Assembly: GCF_021028975.2 (NCBI RefSeq)
Contig: NC_059427.1
Span: 102,300,001 to 102,364,000 of the forward strand
Reading direction: 5' to 3'
DNA length: 64,000 nt
Origin: Sphaerodactylus townsendi
Taxonomy: Eukaryota
Both the position numbers and the translations under genes were made by a program. This document shows, one piece after another, positions 25,704 to 40,269 of the stretch. Position 1 is the stretch's first letter. Each line of letters opens with the position of its first letter. The notes beneath the pieces were generated by a model. It worked only from the letters and a program-made list of their open reading frames with translations, did no database searches and was not told where the DNA came from.

Positions 25704-26227
25704 GGCCCCTTCTCACAGCAAATGTATAAAGGATTGGAGTTAGGATAAAGGAATATGCATCTGCGCAGGAAGTGATTGGAGCCCACGGAAACAATCTGAG
25801 TTGCAGTCGTGCCTTGGTTTTGTTGTTGCGGTCTCCCTTGTTTTTATTGTTGCAGTCTCTTGTTTTATTTACTTCCCATTGATGTGTAGCTAGCCAGGCA
25901 TGCACAAATCAACCCCCACAGTCATGTTGATGTCTCACGATATGACTATCTGCGCCTGTGTACCTACGCAGATATAAGCCACAAAATTTGAAAAAGGGAA
26001 ACAGAGGTGAATAAAGCTCCTCCTGCCCGGCCATTTGCTTGCAAGCAGCTGCTACTCATTATTTTTGGAAAGACTTGCTAGTAGCACAATTCTAAAAAAA
26101 AATCAGGTTTTGTGGAAATAACATGGGGCAGAGTCGTTTTAGGAGTGGGATCTGTGCAAAGCCCCCCCCCCGGATGGTTTTTTTTACCACCCTACACCCA
26201 TGTTTATTGGCCTGTGTGGAGCGGACC
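25704..26227. mobile_element. Harbinger-like MITE (degenerate)
   Basis: ggccccttctcaca ... tgtggagcggacc termini flanked by TAA / TTA. Confidence 0.5.
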
Positions 26228-29200
26228 TTAGATCCTCAAAATAATTTGGATTTAATGTTCTACAATCCATCAGTTGGAGCTGTTCAAATCAGTTTTGAGA
26301 TTCTCTGTGGTTCTTCTGTAAATGTACTTAATTACAGATGGATTGCATTAGTGTTTTCTGAAAGCTTCCGGCAACACTAGTGCTACAAATTGAGGGGCCT
26401 GTACAAAACTGTGGTGGTGGTAAGAACACAAATTAGGAAATCCATGTTCCCCCATAGCAGAATAGCATAACACAACTGAACTCTAGAAACAGATGAGTTG
26501 CTTCCAGTCCACCTAATCCCCTTTTGCAGTTTGAAGATGCAATTACTGGTAATCAGTATTCTAATTATTTCTCCTACCAGAATTCTTTTAGCTTTCAAGT
26601 AGTTGGAACTGTTAAAATCCATAAACTTTAAAATATACTCTGTTCAATCCAAAGGGTGTTGGATGCTCCATTGGATGTGGCAGAAGGGTTGTGCTGGCAC
26701 TCATACCACCTGTGCTCTGTGAAGTGGTACAGATGCCATCACAGTGGGACTTCCCCAGCGGTGAGGTGCTGCAACATAGGAACCAGGAAGTGTTCCTCAA
26801 TGCTGACACACCTATGGCACAAGCGACTGTGCCAGCATGGAGGGGGACATTCTGTGGGCGTGGTGCTAATTTTAGCTGGCTCCCAAAGGACTTTCATCCC
26901 AGGAACACCCCTCTACAGTAGTGCAGTCTTAGGCCACCCAAAAAGCGGTGCTTGTCTTGTTCATTAATGGGCTTTCCCAGGGGAGAAAGGAGTTTCTCCT
27001 CCCTAGGCAGCTGTACTGCTGAATGCTTCTTTGGAGGCAGCATGGCAGTGCTGTTCCCAATTGTCACTCTACCGGCACCACCCCTTTCGATGTGCCATTA
27101 AACCTCCTTACCGCCACCAGCTTTCATCCACCAACACCCCATTCAGAACAATATAAACTGTTATAGTGGCTTGAGCTAGCTACTTTTAAAGAAAGCACAG
27201 GGTGCAGACATTTTACACACAAACATAAATAAATGCTGACAGTCAAATACGACAACTGTATTTAGTCAATGTTAGTCAAATATGAGAACTAATTTGATGT
27301 TAGTCAAATATGAGAACTATCATGGGCATGTTTCTCCATTATATTAATGAAACAAAGTTGATAGTCATTAAAAAAAATACAATTGATACTAGTATCTCAA
27401 AAGCCCAGTTTCCAAGGATTCAGTATCTCCTTTTGTGATTTAGTAATTTCCCTGACATGGCCAGATACATTTATTATCACTTACCATTTTTTCATCTGTT
27501 TTAATTTGTGAAAAAATACATTTGATTTTATAGTCTCAATAGAGGAAGTCAGTTACATTGCTTTAATTGGCTGTCCATACTAATAATGTTGCTTACAAGT
27601 GAAATTCAGTGTACCACTACTTTCTGAATACAAATGGAAAGTGAAATTGAGAATTTCAAAAGTTACTCATCTTTATAAGTATCAGGAATACTTTGCTGCT
27701 AATTTCAATTGTTGCTATTTTGCTTATAATTTTCCACTGTTACTTTTACATTTAAATGCTATTTTTGAATTCTAATTACTTTCTTTGGATTCTAATGAAT
27801 GACACTTTTATGAAAACAGGAGTTACGCCAAGGAAACTTGGATCCTTAGATCCCCCCCCCTCTAAAACACTGCTTTATAAACTGGGTCATGTCAAACTTA
27901 TAGAGCAAAGTTGCTCAGACAGTAGGACACTGTATATATATACGGCAATGCATATTTCTAGTTTATATAACAGATTTTTTTAAAAAAATCATGTAGTACA
28001 TTACAGAACAGAATACAAAAGCTCACCTTTTGAGGGAAGGGGTGTGCATGAACATAAATCTAACTAGGTCAGTTTCTTACACTAGGACTCCAAATATAAG
28101 CCATGAGAAATTCTGCTTTGCTGTTTTTCTTTACTTAGGTGTAAGGCACTTTGGCTCAAGAATATTCCACAGAATAAATTATTATATGGAATCATGAGTT
28201 AACTGATGTAACAAACAAAGAAATAGACCCAAACGTACCATAGATACATTGCTAATCTAAGATCTGCTAAAATGTTCTTTGATAGATCAGATAAACCAAA
28301 ATGCACTTCTGAAATATATTCACAGTCACCTTTTTATCCTGTTGGGTCAAGCTGGACCCAACACTGTTGCTGGCTGCCAAAAAATGGGCTCCTAAAAGAT
28401 TATGTTTGGAGTAGCATCCCTTTTTTCCTCTCCCCTTTCCCCCAACTGATTGTCCTGGGAGGCTAGAAAGGAAACAAGAGTGTGTGCTGACAGCTTAGCT
28501 CAGCTTGAACTCTCATTTTTCACATGGAGCTAATTAAAAACTGAAATTAGTTAAATATGGAAATGACACTTGCAAGCACTTTAGCGCAGTATTGGCAAAA
28601 TCCCTTCAGAGTGCTGCAGCATTACCTGCTGCTTCGAAACTCCCCAACTGAATTTCACAGTTAAAAGGCTGAGCAAAGGGAAAGTTATTACTGAGATTTC
28701 CAATTCAAAATGTGACTGTAAAATTCTAAATTAAATTTCATGGTTGCCCTTGGAGTAAGCTGGGGATGTTCTGTGCAGTCCAATGATACGGTGCTCAAAT
28801 AATGTCCCTATGTGCATGCTCTGATTATCTCACCTTTAGGCGCAGTGCTGGGCTTGCCAAGGCTCTAAAACTCATAAGGCTTACACCACAATACAAATTA
28901 TGAAAACAGAAAGTTTCCCTTGATGGTAGACTAGGATGTATAAAGGGTCTATTTTTGCAATTTAATAGAAAGCACATCTGAAGCTCAGAGTCCGGCAGTT
29001 GAAATATATTCTATGCTTCATAATTTTAATATGGGTTTGTGATAATCCATCAACTTCATAAAAGATAGGGGAAGGTCTGACAGTGCAATAAATTGCATTG
29101 TACGTAGCAGGCAAGGTAACTGAAAGAACACAATCCATTTGCCCCGATCCAGACAGGGCAATCTCTGTAACAAAAGCAGACTGCTGCACATATGCTCATG

Positions 29201-31893
29201 TGTTCATGTGTGTAAACTGTCATCAAGTTGCAGCTGACTTATGGTGATTTGACATATGTGCATATATTACAGGAAGTGCAAATATACATTAAATGTGAAT
29301 CCAAAGGTGGAAGCTGGCTTGCATTATTTGCAATGTGTGCTGTACTGGGTGTCATATTATATCAAAGCATATATGGCATCACACATTAAAGCATGCACCT
29401 GAAAGCACATTCCACTGCAAGTAACAAAGGACTTCTATATTCAGATGTGCATCCAGCATCCAATTCTTGACATGCATGCAGAACTGCACTTCCTTGTGCA
29501 GATTACCTCTCTGGATTGGGGCACCTGTATGTCAAAAGGCCTGACACATTGAAGGACTGATGCACACTAGGGATAAAATGACTGGCATTAATTGTTTGAA
29601 TAAAGGAGTGTTCATAATAGTTTCAGTTGAGATTATGTGACTGGATTTTACACCCAAAAGCAAGGATATTTACCCCAAGGCAAATCATGATTTCTGTGTG
29701 CAGTCTAAATAAGCCTGCATGAAGTGCTGAATAATTTGGATGCAGATCAAGACTTTCAGGATGTCCAGCAACTTTCAAAGCAAACAAAGTGCTGTGATTT
29801 TATTATTTTTCTCACTTTCCTTCCATTTGCCCTCAAGGCGATCCTGTCCCACTTGACACTGTTGTGCCAACAAATCCCTATGTAGAAGGACTGGCAAGGG
29901 AAGCCACTTACAATAAAAGCCACTCTTGTGCCACAAATGAACTGGCAGAGAACTCAGAGATCTAGCAAAGGTGCCAGAATCGCTTCCCTGGCACTGATCT
30001 GTATATCACACCAGACTTTGCTAGTCCAGGGCCTTGAATCATCTTGGCTTACGCAGGAAATGATGAAGGAAAAGGCTACAGCTGTGGCATCAGACTGCCT
30101 TATTATGTTTAATTCTGAATGTGCAGTTTCAAACACATGCAAAAGTAGTTGTCCAAGGCTTCAGGTGGGAAAACCCTGGATACCACCTACAGTCAGCCCC
30201 CACAGTTTGTAGCTATAAAAACAGGTGTAATTGTGGGAAGTTTCATTGTCAAGACTGACATTTTGAAAAGCCTGCTACACAAATGGTGTTATGAAATAGC
30301 AAGAAGGAACAAAACGGCACAGAGCCCAGATCCAAGGAGAACCTTGGTGAGTCAGGAACATTCGTTATTCATTATAAGATTTCAGCTGGCAAAACTGCTG
30401 GTTTTTGGAAGGTAGCAATGATAAGAAAGATAGAACAAGGAACGATTTAAGGATATCATTGCATTCTGAAAACATGTGATACAAATATTTAGTCACACTG
30501 CAATGATTTTGTGTATTTTCATGAAGTGACAATGGAACACTTCACAGCAAAGCTTTCAGATGCAGCACCTGAGAAGAATTATGACAGGAATAATTTCAAT
30601 TAAGTTTCCCCTGTCATAGTATCTTTTTTTATTCAGATATGTAATTTTTCATTTTACCTTGCAGAAATGCCAAATGCTTTAAAATCTATATAGAAACACT
30701 GAAGCTGTGGGAGAAGGCAACATTTGCACATGCAAAAATTAACAGCTTCTTTTTTCCTAGACTCCATGGACTGATCATTTAGAGTTCATGATAGAAGTTG
30801 TCATGTAGATAACATCTATAGTTTGAAGGATCCTGTCTCACTACCCCAGTTTTTCTAGGACACTACTCTGCATACAAAACGTGTGACCTGTCAGCTTCCT
30901 CTATTCCCAGTCCTATCTACTGTGAATGTTATCTGGCAAGCTGAATACCCTTGCAATCCTCCTAGTGTATACATGATTGACAGATAGTAGCAGAAACGCT
31001 GCTGGGTGCTACAGCTGACCACCTACCAAACTAGTGCGATGTCAAAGTGAGACAAAGTACAGTACATGGACCCTGACCCTTTGTGAAGCTATATGGACAT
31101 TAAGGTGGGTCCCAGCCCACGTACTCCAACCTTTCCGTTTCAATAAGGCAAGGAATCAGGGATAAAAATTTAGTCATTCTGCCTCACTTGTTCATTCTTG
31201 CATAAGCAAACCTCCCCTTGAGGAGAAATGGTAAATAACACATTCTTGCCTCTCCTAATGAATGATGTTATTCTTCTGGCATAGCTCCAGCACTGATTGA
31301 AGTGTTAATTTCTAGCCTCTCTGGTATATTTAGCCATGCCCACGTCTTCTAATGCAGCTGAAGTATGATCCTATTGAGATCCCAGAGAGGGTGACTTTCA
31401 CTTTGCCCTCTGTTCTCCCTCAAGAACTGGCAGGCTCTACTGTAGGAAAATGACAATACATTCAAAGGGCTGTACTGATAGGGGCAAGGAAAACCTGAAG
31501 AACAGAGCTTTTTCATATTCAGCCCAATTTCTTATTTTTGGACAAATGTTTTTTAAAAAGAAAAAATAATAAGTATAATAAAGTACTGGCATCCTGACAG
31601 TTTAAATGTGGCAGGTGAAATGCTCTGTCTCAATGCCACTGATTCTTATAGACCATACCTGTGGGCTATTATGCTTCCCTGACATAATGCCAAGGCTGGG
31701 AATTGAATGAACAATGACAGGAGCTCAGCCTGCATACCATACATCTCATACAAGTAGGGGTGTGGGTAAGTTCCACTGGTGTGTCCAAGAACAAGAACTG
31801 TCTCTAAGTAGAAAAGTACACATTATGCATCTATCTCACAACATGCACCTTTTCTAAGGAATTTACTTCTGAATCTAATGATGACACTGGTAT

Positions 31894-32324
31894 GACAGTC
31901 CAATCCAGGAAGGGCTGGAAGGCAGGGGTGGCACTGCTATGGTGCTGCCCTGTCCCTTCAAAGGGCTTTCCCACTGTGTAGGAAGCCCAAAAAGCAAAAA
32001 TACAGCTAGAATTCCCCATTGGTGAAAGTGGAGACATGCCATGAAAAACGTGGCATATCTCTGAGGCTGGCTCCACTGGTGCAAGGGGATGTGTAGTGGA
32101 AGCTGACTAAGTCTCCCTTGCCATGCCCCCACCATACCAACATGGCTCAGGAGTGCTGACATGGAGCTGGGCACCATGGCTTGGAGTCCCACGGCCCTGC
32201 AGCGGCCGAGCGCCAGCAGATTTGTCCCTCCGCCAGGGTGAACATCTCAGGGAGGGAAAATCTGCCAGTGTAGGCTCATACCACCTTCAGAGGGGGACTC
32301 GCCTCCCCCCTGGATTGGGCTGCC
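31894..32324. mobile_element. MITE (probably Harbinger)
   Basis: TIRs gacagtccaatcc / ggattgggctgcc around a GC-richer interior. Confidence 0.55.
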
Positions 32325-35300
32325 CAGCTGTTCCCCATATATCTTTATATACACATAAAGCTAAGCATGATTTATAAGCTGTTCCTTTAAATAGCTAAGG
32401 TGTTTTTATAAGGCAGGTATCTGTAGGTAAATGGAAGTTAATGCCAATTAATACAAGCATGTCAAAAATTCATCTGGTTTTTCATACCTCTTTGTATTTG
32501 AATATGACAACCCAGATATATTTCTGGGTGGCACCACATATACAAGAATCCCAACTTAAACACATGCTGTTTCCCAGTGCTTATCCTCAGTCCATTATCA
32601 GCAAAAGTGACCTATCACTATAAATTGTTTGCTGAGTTAAGCCAGTCAAAACATAGAACTAGCTTTTTAGGAAAATATCAGTTGCTTGGCCGCCACCAAG
32701 CTCTTCATCTTCTGGGTCTGCAAGCTAAGCTGTCCTGATGCCTTGAGAAATAGGCAGAAAAAAATCCTCAAAGAAAATGCATGGGCCTGGTTGACTGACA
32801 CCCTCACAGACAAGTTACTTGGTCATTACCATGATAGTTGAGCCACTAGCCATTTTAACAGGCTGAAATTAATATTTTCTGTTTTGGTAAATGGGGTGAA
32901 TAACCTCAGGGGTAAGATCTGGGAACAGAATCTGGGTGAGATCCAGAACACACAACAGGTGAACCATTGAAGCATCTGCCCACAGCCTAGCAAAGCCTGC
33001 TACAGTCAGTAAAATATTTACAATTTAAATTGAAAAAGCAAGCCTGAGCCTGTAGCAGAGCTATTCTGGGCTTGAAAGGCCAAGCATCACAAAATATATT
33101 ATTTACACAGTAGGCATACAACATATGTGCTTCATGAAGGGCAGGTGAAGCTCTATCTGTACATAGCATACAATCTGCAAGCTTCAGCCAATTCTTCCCC
33201 CCTTGAAAACAAAAGTAGGCATGATGTGACATGCACAACAAAGCAATATAATTGTGATGACGTTAAACATTCTCCCTGAGCAGAAAAAATCAACAGAGCA
33301 AACATTATTTCCAAATCCATGACCAATAAAAAACTGCTTACTGGTAATGCATAGATCAGTTATCCCAGTTACTTATCTGTCCTATAAACAAGGTGTCCAC
33401 AGTTACAGTCTAGGAGTGCTTAATTTTCCAAAGATTCATCAGAACTGTTACAATAATTACAACATTTCTTCTGCTGGGGATGTAATTCATTCCACTCATC
33501 TAATATGGTCACAAACTAGGTTTTATACAGTATGACATAATTTGATTTTTGTGCTATTTTAATATATACTTTGTACCTGGAAATGAGTTGACTTTCTGAC
33601 ACATAAAATGATTAAAAGTAATTGCTGAAATAGTAAAACCTTACTGATGGTCACTTACCAGATTGAAAATCTAACTTGAATCAGAAATGATGTATAAGTG
33701 ATAATATTTGTACAGGAAAATTCTTTTCTGATCTCAACACCACTCTTTTCTTCAGATATATATTTTTTAATTTGGTGTCTATGAAAACTGTCAAACAATT
33801 CTGAGAATACACATGTTTGAGAGCAGAATTGTTACCAGATTGACCCATGGTGGGGGAGGGCCTCTGTTTTAAGAACAGTGTCTCTACCCATCCTGCCAAC
33901 CCTTGGGGTGCCTAGCAGTGCCTTACCAAAATGGGGAGCCCATTCTCTCTACTGTCTAGTAAATCCACAAGGTCACAGTAAAATCTTGTCTGGACTTGCC
34001 CTCGCCAATATCTCCCTTGCTAATAGTCATCACACCCTTCCTAAAGGGATTCAGAGAACACAATGTGTCTGCCCAGTATGGTTAACTTTTTGTGTTCTTC
34101 GTATTTGAGGTGAGCCACCGTTTTCAAAATTTTAGATTTAACTAGAGTCTAATTGTGAAAGGGTTTCATAGGGTTAATTAGAGTTGTTCATTTAAATCAG
34201 TGCTCTTGGGTTTCAGCAGGTAAAAATAGAGAGTGAAGGTTCTGGGTTTGCAAATAGTTAAACAGTGCTGTGATGTTTTGGTGGGAGTCTGGGCTGGCAA
34301 ACATGCCCCTTGTCTTGATCTGCTGTGGCTGTGCCGCTGAACAGTGTCTGAGTTGTCATGGTGCTGTGGTGTGCTTAGCTCATACCTTTTTCATTAGATT
34401 TTGTTGTAAAGTTGCTTTGTTTCAAGAGGTAGAGGTGTTGCTGTGGGTGTGGAAGGAAGGGAGAGCCTGCCTCTGCTGTTCCCCTGGAGGGGAAAATGCT
34501 GGTTGCCCCCTTCATTTGAAACAGTGGGAGGGTTGGGGTGGGGTAGGACTTGCTCCCCACCCCACTCCAGGGGCAAGGCCATGCCCCCAAGCCCCAGCCT
34601 CAGTGCTTTTAAAAGCACGTCACAGAGGACGGAGGGGGTTAGCGTGCTCGGGCTTCCTTGGCCCTGCCCACATTGATGACGACATGGGTGGGGCTGAGGG
34701 AGCCCAAAGATGACGAAACAGCAGGATTTCCTGCTGCCTCGTTATCTTCACACCGGACCTAGTCACGCGGGGGTCCAATTTTGCACCCCTCATGTGACCA
34801 GATTAGTGTCACCTGGGGACAAGGGGTACTGCCTGGCATCCCAGTCCACCGTCCTGGGTTTTACTGCCAGTTTATTAATATTTGAATAGACTGTTCCAGC
34901 TTTTTTTAAAAAAAATCTTTCATTGCAGTATAGTGAATGTATGCTGCTTTTGTGTTGTTATAAACCATGTAAAAATATTTTATTAAAATACATGAGACAA
35001 TTAAAAAAACAAATAGTGATTCTTCTTTCTGTTGGTGTGATTTAATAGCTACTTTTTGGAATGTGGGTATTGTCCTTTCCCATCTCAAATTATTGTTATC
35101 AACAGGATCCCATCCCCAAATGGGCTCTACTTTATAGTGCAGCCTGCTGCAGAGTGCAATGGAACACACAGTCTCTATTTCCCACTGTGTTGCCTTTTTC
35201 CATTAAGCAAATGAGCTCTGTGTAGAGTTCCTACAAGGATTTGATGGTACAATTATGACTTGTACAGTAGGAGGTACTGTGATATCTTGGGGCTGCCTAA

Positions 35301-36619
35301 AACTGGCCAGACACTATCCCTTCATTTTATCTGGATGCCACTCGCTTCTTCTGGTGTATGTCTTCCTATAGGCATATGAGCTGTTTCTGATCACTGAAAC
35401 ACAAAAGAACCCTAATAGTTCAGTCAACCATAGCAGCACAAGAAACAGGTCTTTTTCCTGACACCAGTGCTGTAGTATTAATGTCCTCAGTGCAATCAAG
35501 AGAAGCTTGAAATTGGTGCAGTTTGCTTAGTTTCAGGATGATTGCCATTTGTGTGATTTTTCTTGTTTATATCAAAGATTTTCTCCACAGCAGGTTGTAA
35601 GTGCATTAAGAAACATAGACCCTAATACGTCAATCTATATACAATTTTCCTTCAGGGGAAAAAAATCTTGACTGATTTCAAAAGGAGTGTTGCAGCCAGG
35701 AAACACAATGCCAAGCCTGCAGGGTCTGGCTTCGTTCTGGGCAGAACTCAGCTCTCTATATGAGAAGGCTGCCAAATAAATCACAAGACAGCTGTACTCC
35801 ATGCTGACTTGCTCTCCCTAAACATCATAACACTATGAGAAAAAGAGATATTGTGATTTGATGGGGAGAAGACTCTAAATTACTCGTGGGTTTGGTTCAA
35901 ACATTGGTTCCTAGGCTGCTATAATGCCCTCAGTTTGGGACACCAGCACCATGCAAAGGTAGTTTTGAGTCATCACAGATACACGTGATTTGCCTATTGT
36001 GCACGACTATCCCTTTGCTAGGCACATATACTCCCAAAGCCCAGTCACAATTCCTATTACGCAAAATATATTATTGCAGGAACTTATGACTGAACCAAAC
36101 TAAGCTTCATTTTCTGATTTTGAACACTGGTCTAAACAAAAGGAATGTTAGTTACTCACAAAGTTGTTGAGAGTGAGAAGAAACTAATGTTTATTAAATA
36201 TTTGGTGTCTTGAAAAACTGTATCTGAAAATAGTGATAATAGCCTTTCAGCCGGCTTTCTTCTAAGCGGCACTATGCAACTTTCATGAATTGCAATTATC
36301 ATGATAGAATATTCTGCTAATGAATCATGATTTTGCAAAATACTAAAATAATAACATTTTGAGAAGAAAATGTGGAAAACATGAAGAATACAGTTGCAGG
36401 CATGGGAAGAATGTTCTGGAACAATATACAATAAAAACACCAGAGGGAACAAATGGCTTCCTGACTAGTGAATGTAAATAGGAATTTGGTAGGCATGGAA
36501 GACAATACTTTAAGCACATCTTTGTAATGGACCTTTACTTGTGACATGGTTGTCACAAACAGTGTCAAATGCCAGCCTGTCAGCCCTGCCTGCAATACTG
36601 CCTGCCAACCAGAGAAGCC

Positions 36620-37150
36620 TGCATTGGCTACTGGAAGAACTCCCCATTCGCTATCGGGCCCAATTCAAGGTATCGACAATCGTATTTAATGGCTTGGGTC
36701 CCATCTACTTAACGAAGTGCCTAAGCCCCTATGAGCCGGCCCATGCACTGAGGTCAAGTAGGGAGGCCCTCCTGGTGATACCTTCTGCTGCTGAGGTGCG
36801 AAGGGGGCTCATGGGAGGACTTTTTCTGGTTTGGCCCAAAGCTGTGGAACAGTCTCCCTGCAGAAATTTGCCATGTGCCAATACTTTATGGATTTTGGCA
36901 CCTGGTTAAAATCTTCCTCTTTACCCAGGCATTCAATGTGTGACCCCCCCAGGGCCCCCAACATCTATGCCAGCTGAAGGGTGGGAGGAGGGTGGGGTAG
37001 GGATTTTAATGATGTTTTTATTGAGTGTTTTTAAGGGATGTTTTAATGGTTGTTTTTTAATATTTTTTAATATTAATATTTTATGTTTTAATGCTTTTAG
37101 GATTGTATGTTTTAATGGGGCTTTTAACCCCATTATATAAGTCACCCAGG
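36620..37150 (+). mobile_element. L2 LINE 3' fragment
   Basis: LHWL...LPIRYRAQFKV...GLGPIYL...LRSS...LLVIP peptide followed by T-rich 3' UTR. Confidence 0.75.
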
Positions 37151-39149
37151 AGAGGCAGAAATGCATGGTACTACTGCTATGGTCCTGACAAACTCTGTGC
37201 TGCTTTCTATGATTCACCAATAAGGTACTGCCATCTCCTCCTCCTCCACCAGTGACACACAGTGGTGGAGAATAGTTTCCTTGCCCCACCCCATGAGTTG
37301 CCACTGAACACAAGAGATGCCAAAACAAAAAAAAATGGTGGAAGGGATCAAATGGAATTTATGGGCGGTTATATGCAATAGGAGTGCCTTTGTTATGTGT
37401 CAGGAATTCTGTAGGACAGTTATTGACTTCCACAGCTCAGGCATATTGCTATATATATAGGAGTTGCATGGAATATTCTAAATAAAGATTTCATGGTGGA
37501 TCCCTTAAGAAGAGTCCTGGTGAACTGTTCCAAAAATATCTTCCAGGCTACCTAATCATATCAGGATGGCATCACATGCAACTGCAAGATACAGTAGATC
37601 AATAATATTTCATTTCATGTGTTGATCAACAGCTGATTTTAAAACGGGACCTCACTCTACATTTCAGTACCAGGTCCACACTAAAAACCAAACTAATATG
37701 TCCAAATATACACTCTCCTCTCTAATTACTAGTCGTATCCTCCCTGATGCTACAAGTTAACTTTAAAGACCTCAGTCAATGGCCTTCTGCCTCTCTTCCC
37801 ATCATCGTTTGCATGAACAGCTCTAATGTTGCAGTTCTGCAATGTGTTCTGGACAATGAAGTCAAAAACACAATAAAAACACAATGTCTAGCATTCTAAA
37901 ATAAATGATATCAAGAGAAAGTAATTGTCTGATCACAGCAAGCCAGCGTTAACTTTTTGTAATTAATGCATGTTGCACTGTTAATTAAATTGTATCACAT
38001 AAAATTTAATTCCCCTGCATGAAAATTGATGCCTCACTATGGACAATTCACAGAAAATTGCTTTGGCTCAATATTCAGTAGTATCCAGAGCTTTCACTGT
38101 GACTGGCAAAATACAAGTATCAAAGAAAATACATTTTCCCCCAGATCACTGTGACACTTACAAGAATTGGCCTTAAATACAGTGGGGGGGGGGGAGGAGT
38201 AAGTAAGAGAACACACAAGTGTCCTGGGGTGCTTGCATCCAGAACTCTTGGCATTTTAGCAGCTCTCCCTCCCTCCCTTCCCTTATTTTCCTGGTCCCTT
38301 CTCCTTATTTCTCTTTTAGGAAATCTCCTGTGACTCCTTCTCCCTGATTTCCTTCTTCCCTCTGATTGGTTTTTCAATTATACATTGGTTTTAGGTGCCA
38401 GAAGGTGGAAGAATGTTATGAGTTGGGTTTAATTTAGTAGTTTGACTTTATTTATAGCAGTAAATTTGTTGTGTGAACCACCCTGAGCCCATCTTGATGG
38501 GAAAGGGCAGGCTATAAATCCAATAAATAAATAAACAGGCCTTCTAAGAAGGGAATTTGTGCAAGAGGCAAAAAGGGGTACCAGTAAGTGGCTGCCTGTT
38601 TACTTGTGATTATGTGATTCCCCAGTTGTCTGGGATATGTGTCTGTCTGAAAATCTCCTATATTTTGGTGTATGTTTAAGTAGCATAGCATGTTTAAATA
38701 GCATTAAGTAGCTTAAGTTAAGTAGCTGGGAGGGACTTATGTTGAGTGACTATTGTCTAACCCCTGGCAACAGAGCTACAGCTCACAAATGTAAAGCAGA
38801 GGTCAGTAGAGGTCAGACTCTATAAGAGAGCACACAGGTTTTGTGGGGGCTTGTATCCAGTGTTTTTGAAATGGATTTCCTAGTTTTGAATAAGGGAGGT
38901 GAGCTTGGGAAGGTAGCAAGGGAGGTTGAGGAGGAATGGAAGAGTTTCATAAAAAGAACATATACACTCCACGGCAGGAAGGAAGGTAGTGTGTACCACA
39001 TTATACTTTCTGCTACAGTAATCTGCAAAGGTTCAGGTCAGCTAACTAGATTGATTGACAGATAGTACTGGGGAGGAGTCAGTGGTCAGGGTCCACATAG
39101 TTGTATGGTCCAAGGAAAAAGATGGGTGCTATTATGCAAAAAGTTATTT

Positions 39150-40262
39150 GTTTTTATTTATTCAATTTCTTCATTGTCCTTCCTCAAAGGCTCAGAGCGA
39201 TTTAAAACCATTATTAAAAATATAAATCAATACTAAAACTATCATTAAAACAATATGAATCATCAATAAGTACATTAAAATCCATCATTAAAATGTATCC
39301 AGCTCTAAAACAATAACTTTACACAATCTTAGCAGTCAGAATTTAGATGTCTAATCCCTCCCTCTAACATCAGATCATTAATTTTTGATGGCACCCTTGC
39401 AGAGGGATCTGCAGATGGGGGAGGAAAGAAGAAAGACTATTATCTTTAAGGAAAGAAGAGGGAAGAGAAGAAGGAACACAAAGAATGGGGGAGAAGAGGA
39501 GTGGGAAGGGGAGGGGGCATAGATATAACACTGTAGTTGCCTCGACCGTATGCCTAGTGGAACAGCATTAAATCCCACCGGTCTCTGGTCTCTCCAGACA
39601 GACCGTTCCACCAGCTGGGGACCACGGCTGAAAAGGCTCTGGACCTGGTTGGGGTGAATAGGATTTCCCTTGCGTTGAACATCACCAACAGATCTTCATT
39701 TGGCAAATGTAGTGAGCTTCGAGGGACAAAACAGAAGAGGTGAGCTCATAGATATGCATGTCCCAGTCAGTTTAGGGCTTGAAAGTTAAAACCAAAACCT
39801 TGAACTTAACTTGGTGCTCTACCTCAAGCCAACGCAGCTGATGAAACACTGGTTGCATATGTGCATGCCACGGAATCCTGGTAAGGACCTGTGATGCTGC
39901 ATTTTGGATCTACTGGAGTTTCCGAATCAGGCCCAAAGAAAGCCCTGCATAGAAGTGACCAAGAGGTGCTTGGATTACTATGGCTAGGTCAGCCTGGGAA
40001 AGGTAAGGTGCCAGCTGCTTTACACAGTGTAGGTGATAAAAAGTCACACAAGCCTTATGTGTTCCTTGGGCCTCCATCAATAAGGAGGCATCCAGAAACA
40101 TGCCAAGGCTCTTTAGGGATGTAATGCTGCATCCCATCCAGAGCCAGCAACTGACAAACCTGCCTCACCCCTTGTCAACCCTGAAGACAGAACCTCCATC
40201 TTCCATTGGATTCAGTTTCAATTGGCTTTCCCTCAACCAATCCATCACAGCCCCCAGACCAC
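39150..40262 (-). mobile_element. L2 LINE 3' fragment
   Basis: KSLGMFLDASLLMEAQ...QLAPYLSQADLAIVIQA peptide; 3' tail ~39150-39205. Confidence 0.75.
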
Positions 40263-40269
40263 AGACCAG

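Noticed and set aside
27269-27319. Short direct repeats (also ~20305-20340, ~24543-24580, ~47049-47106)
   Set aside because: Ordinary two-copy slippage duplications
27485-27623. Minus-strand coding exon
   Set aside because: Splice-like ends but stops in all three frames
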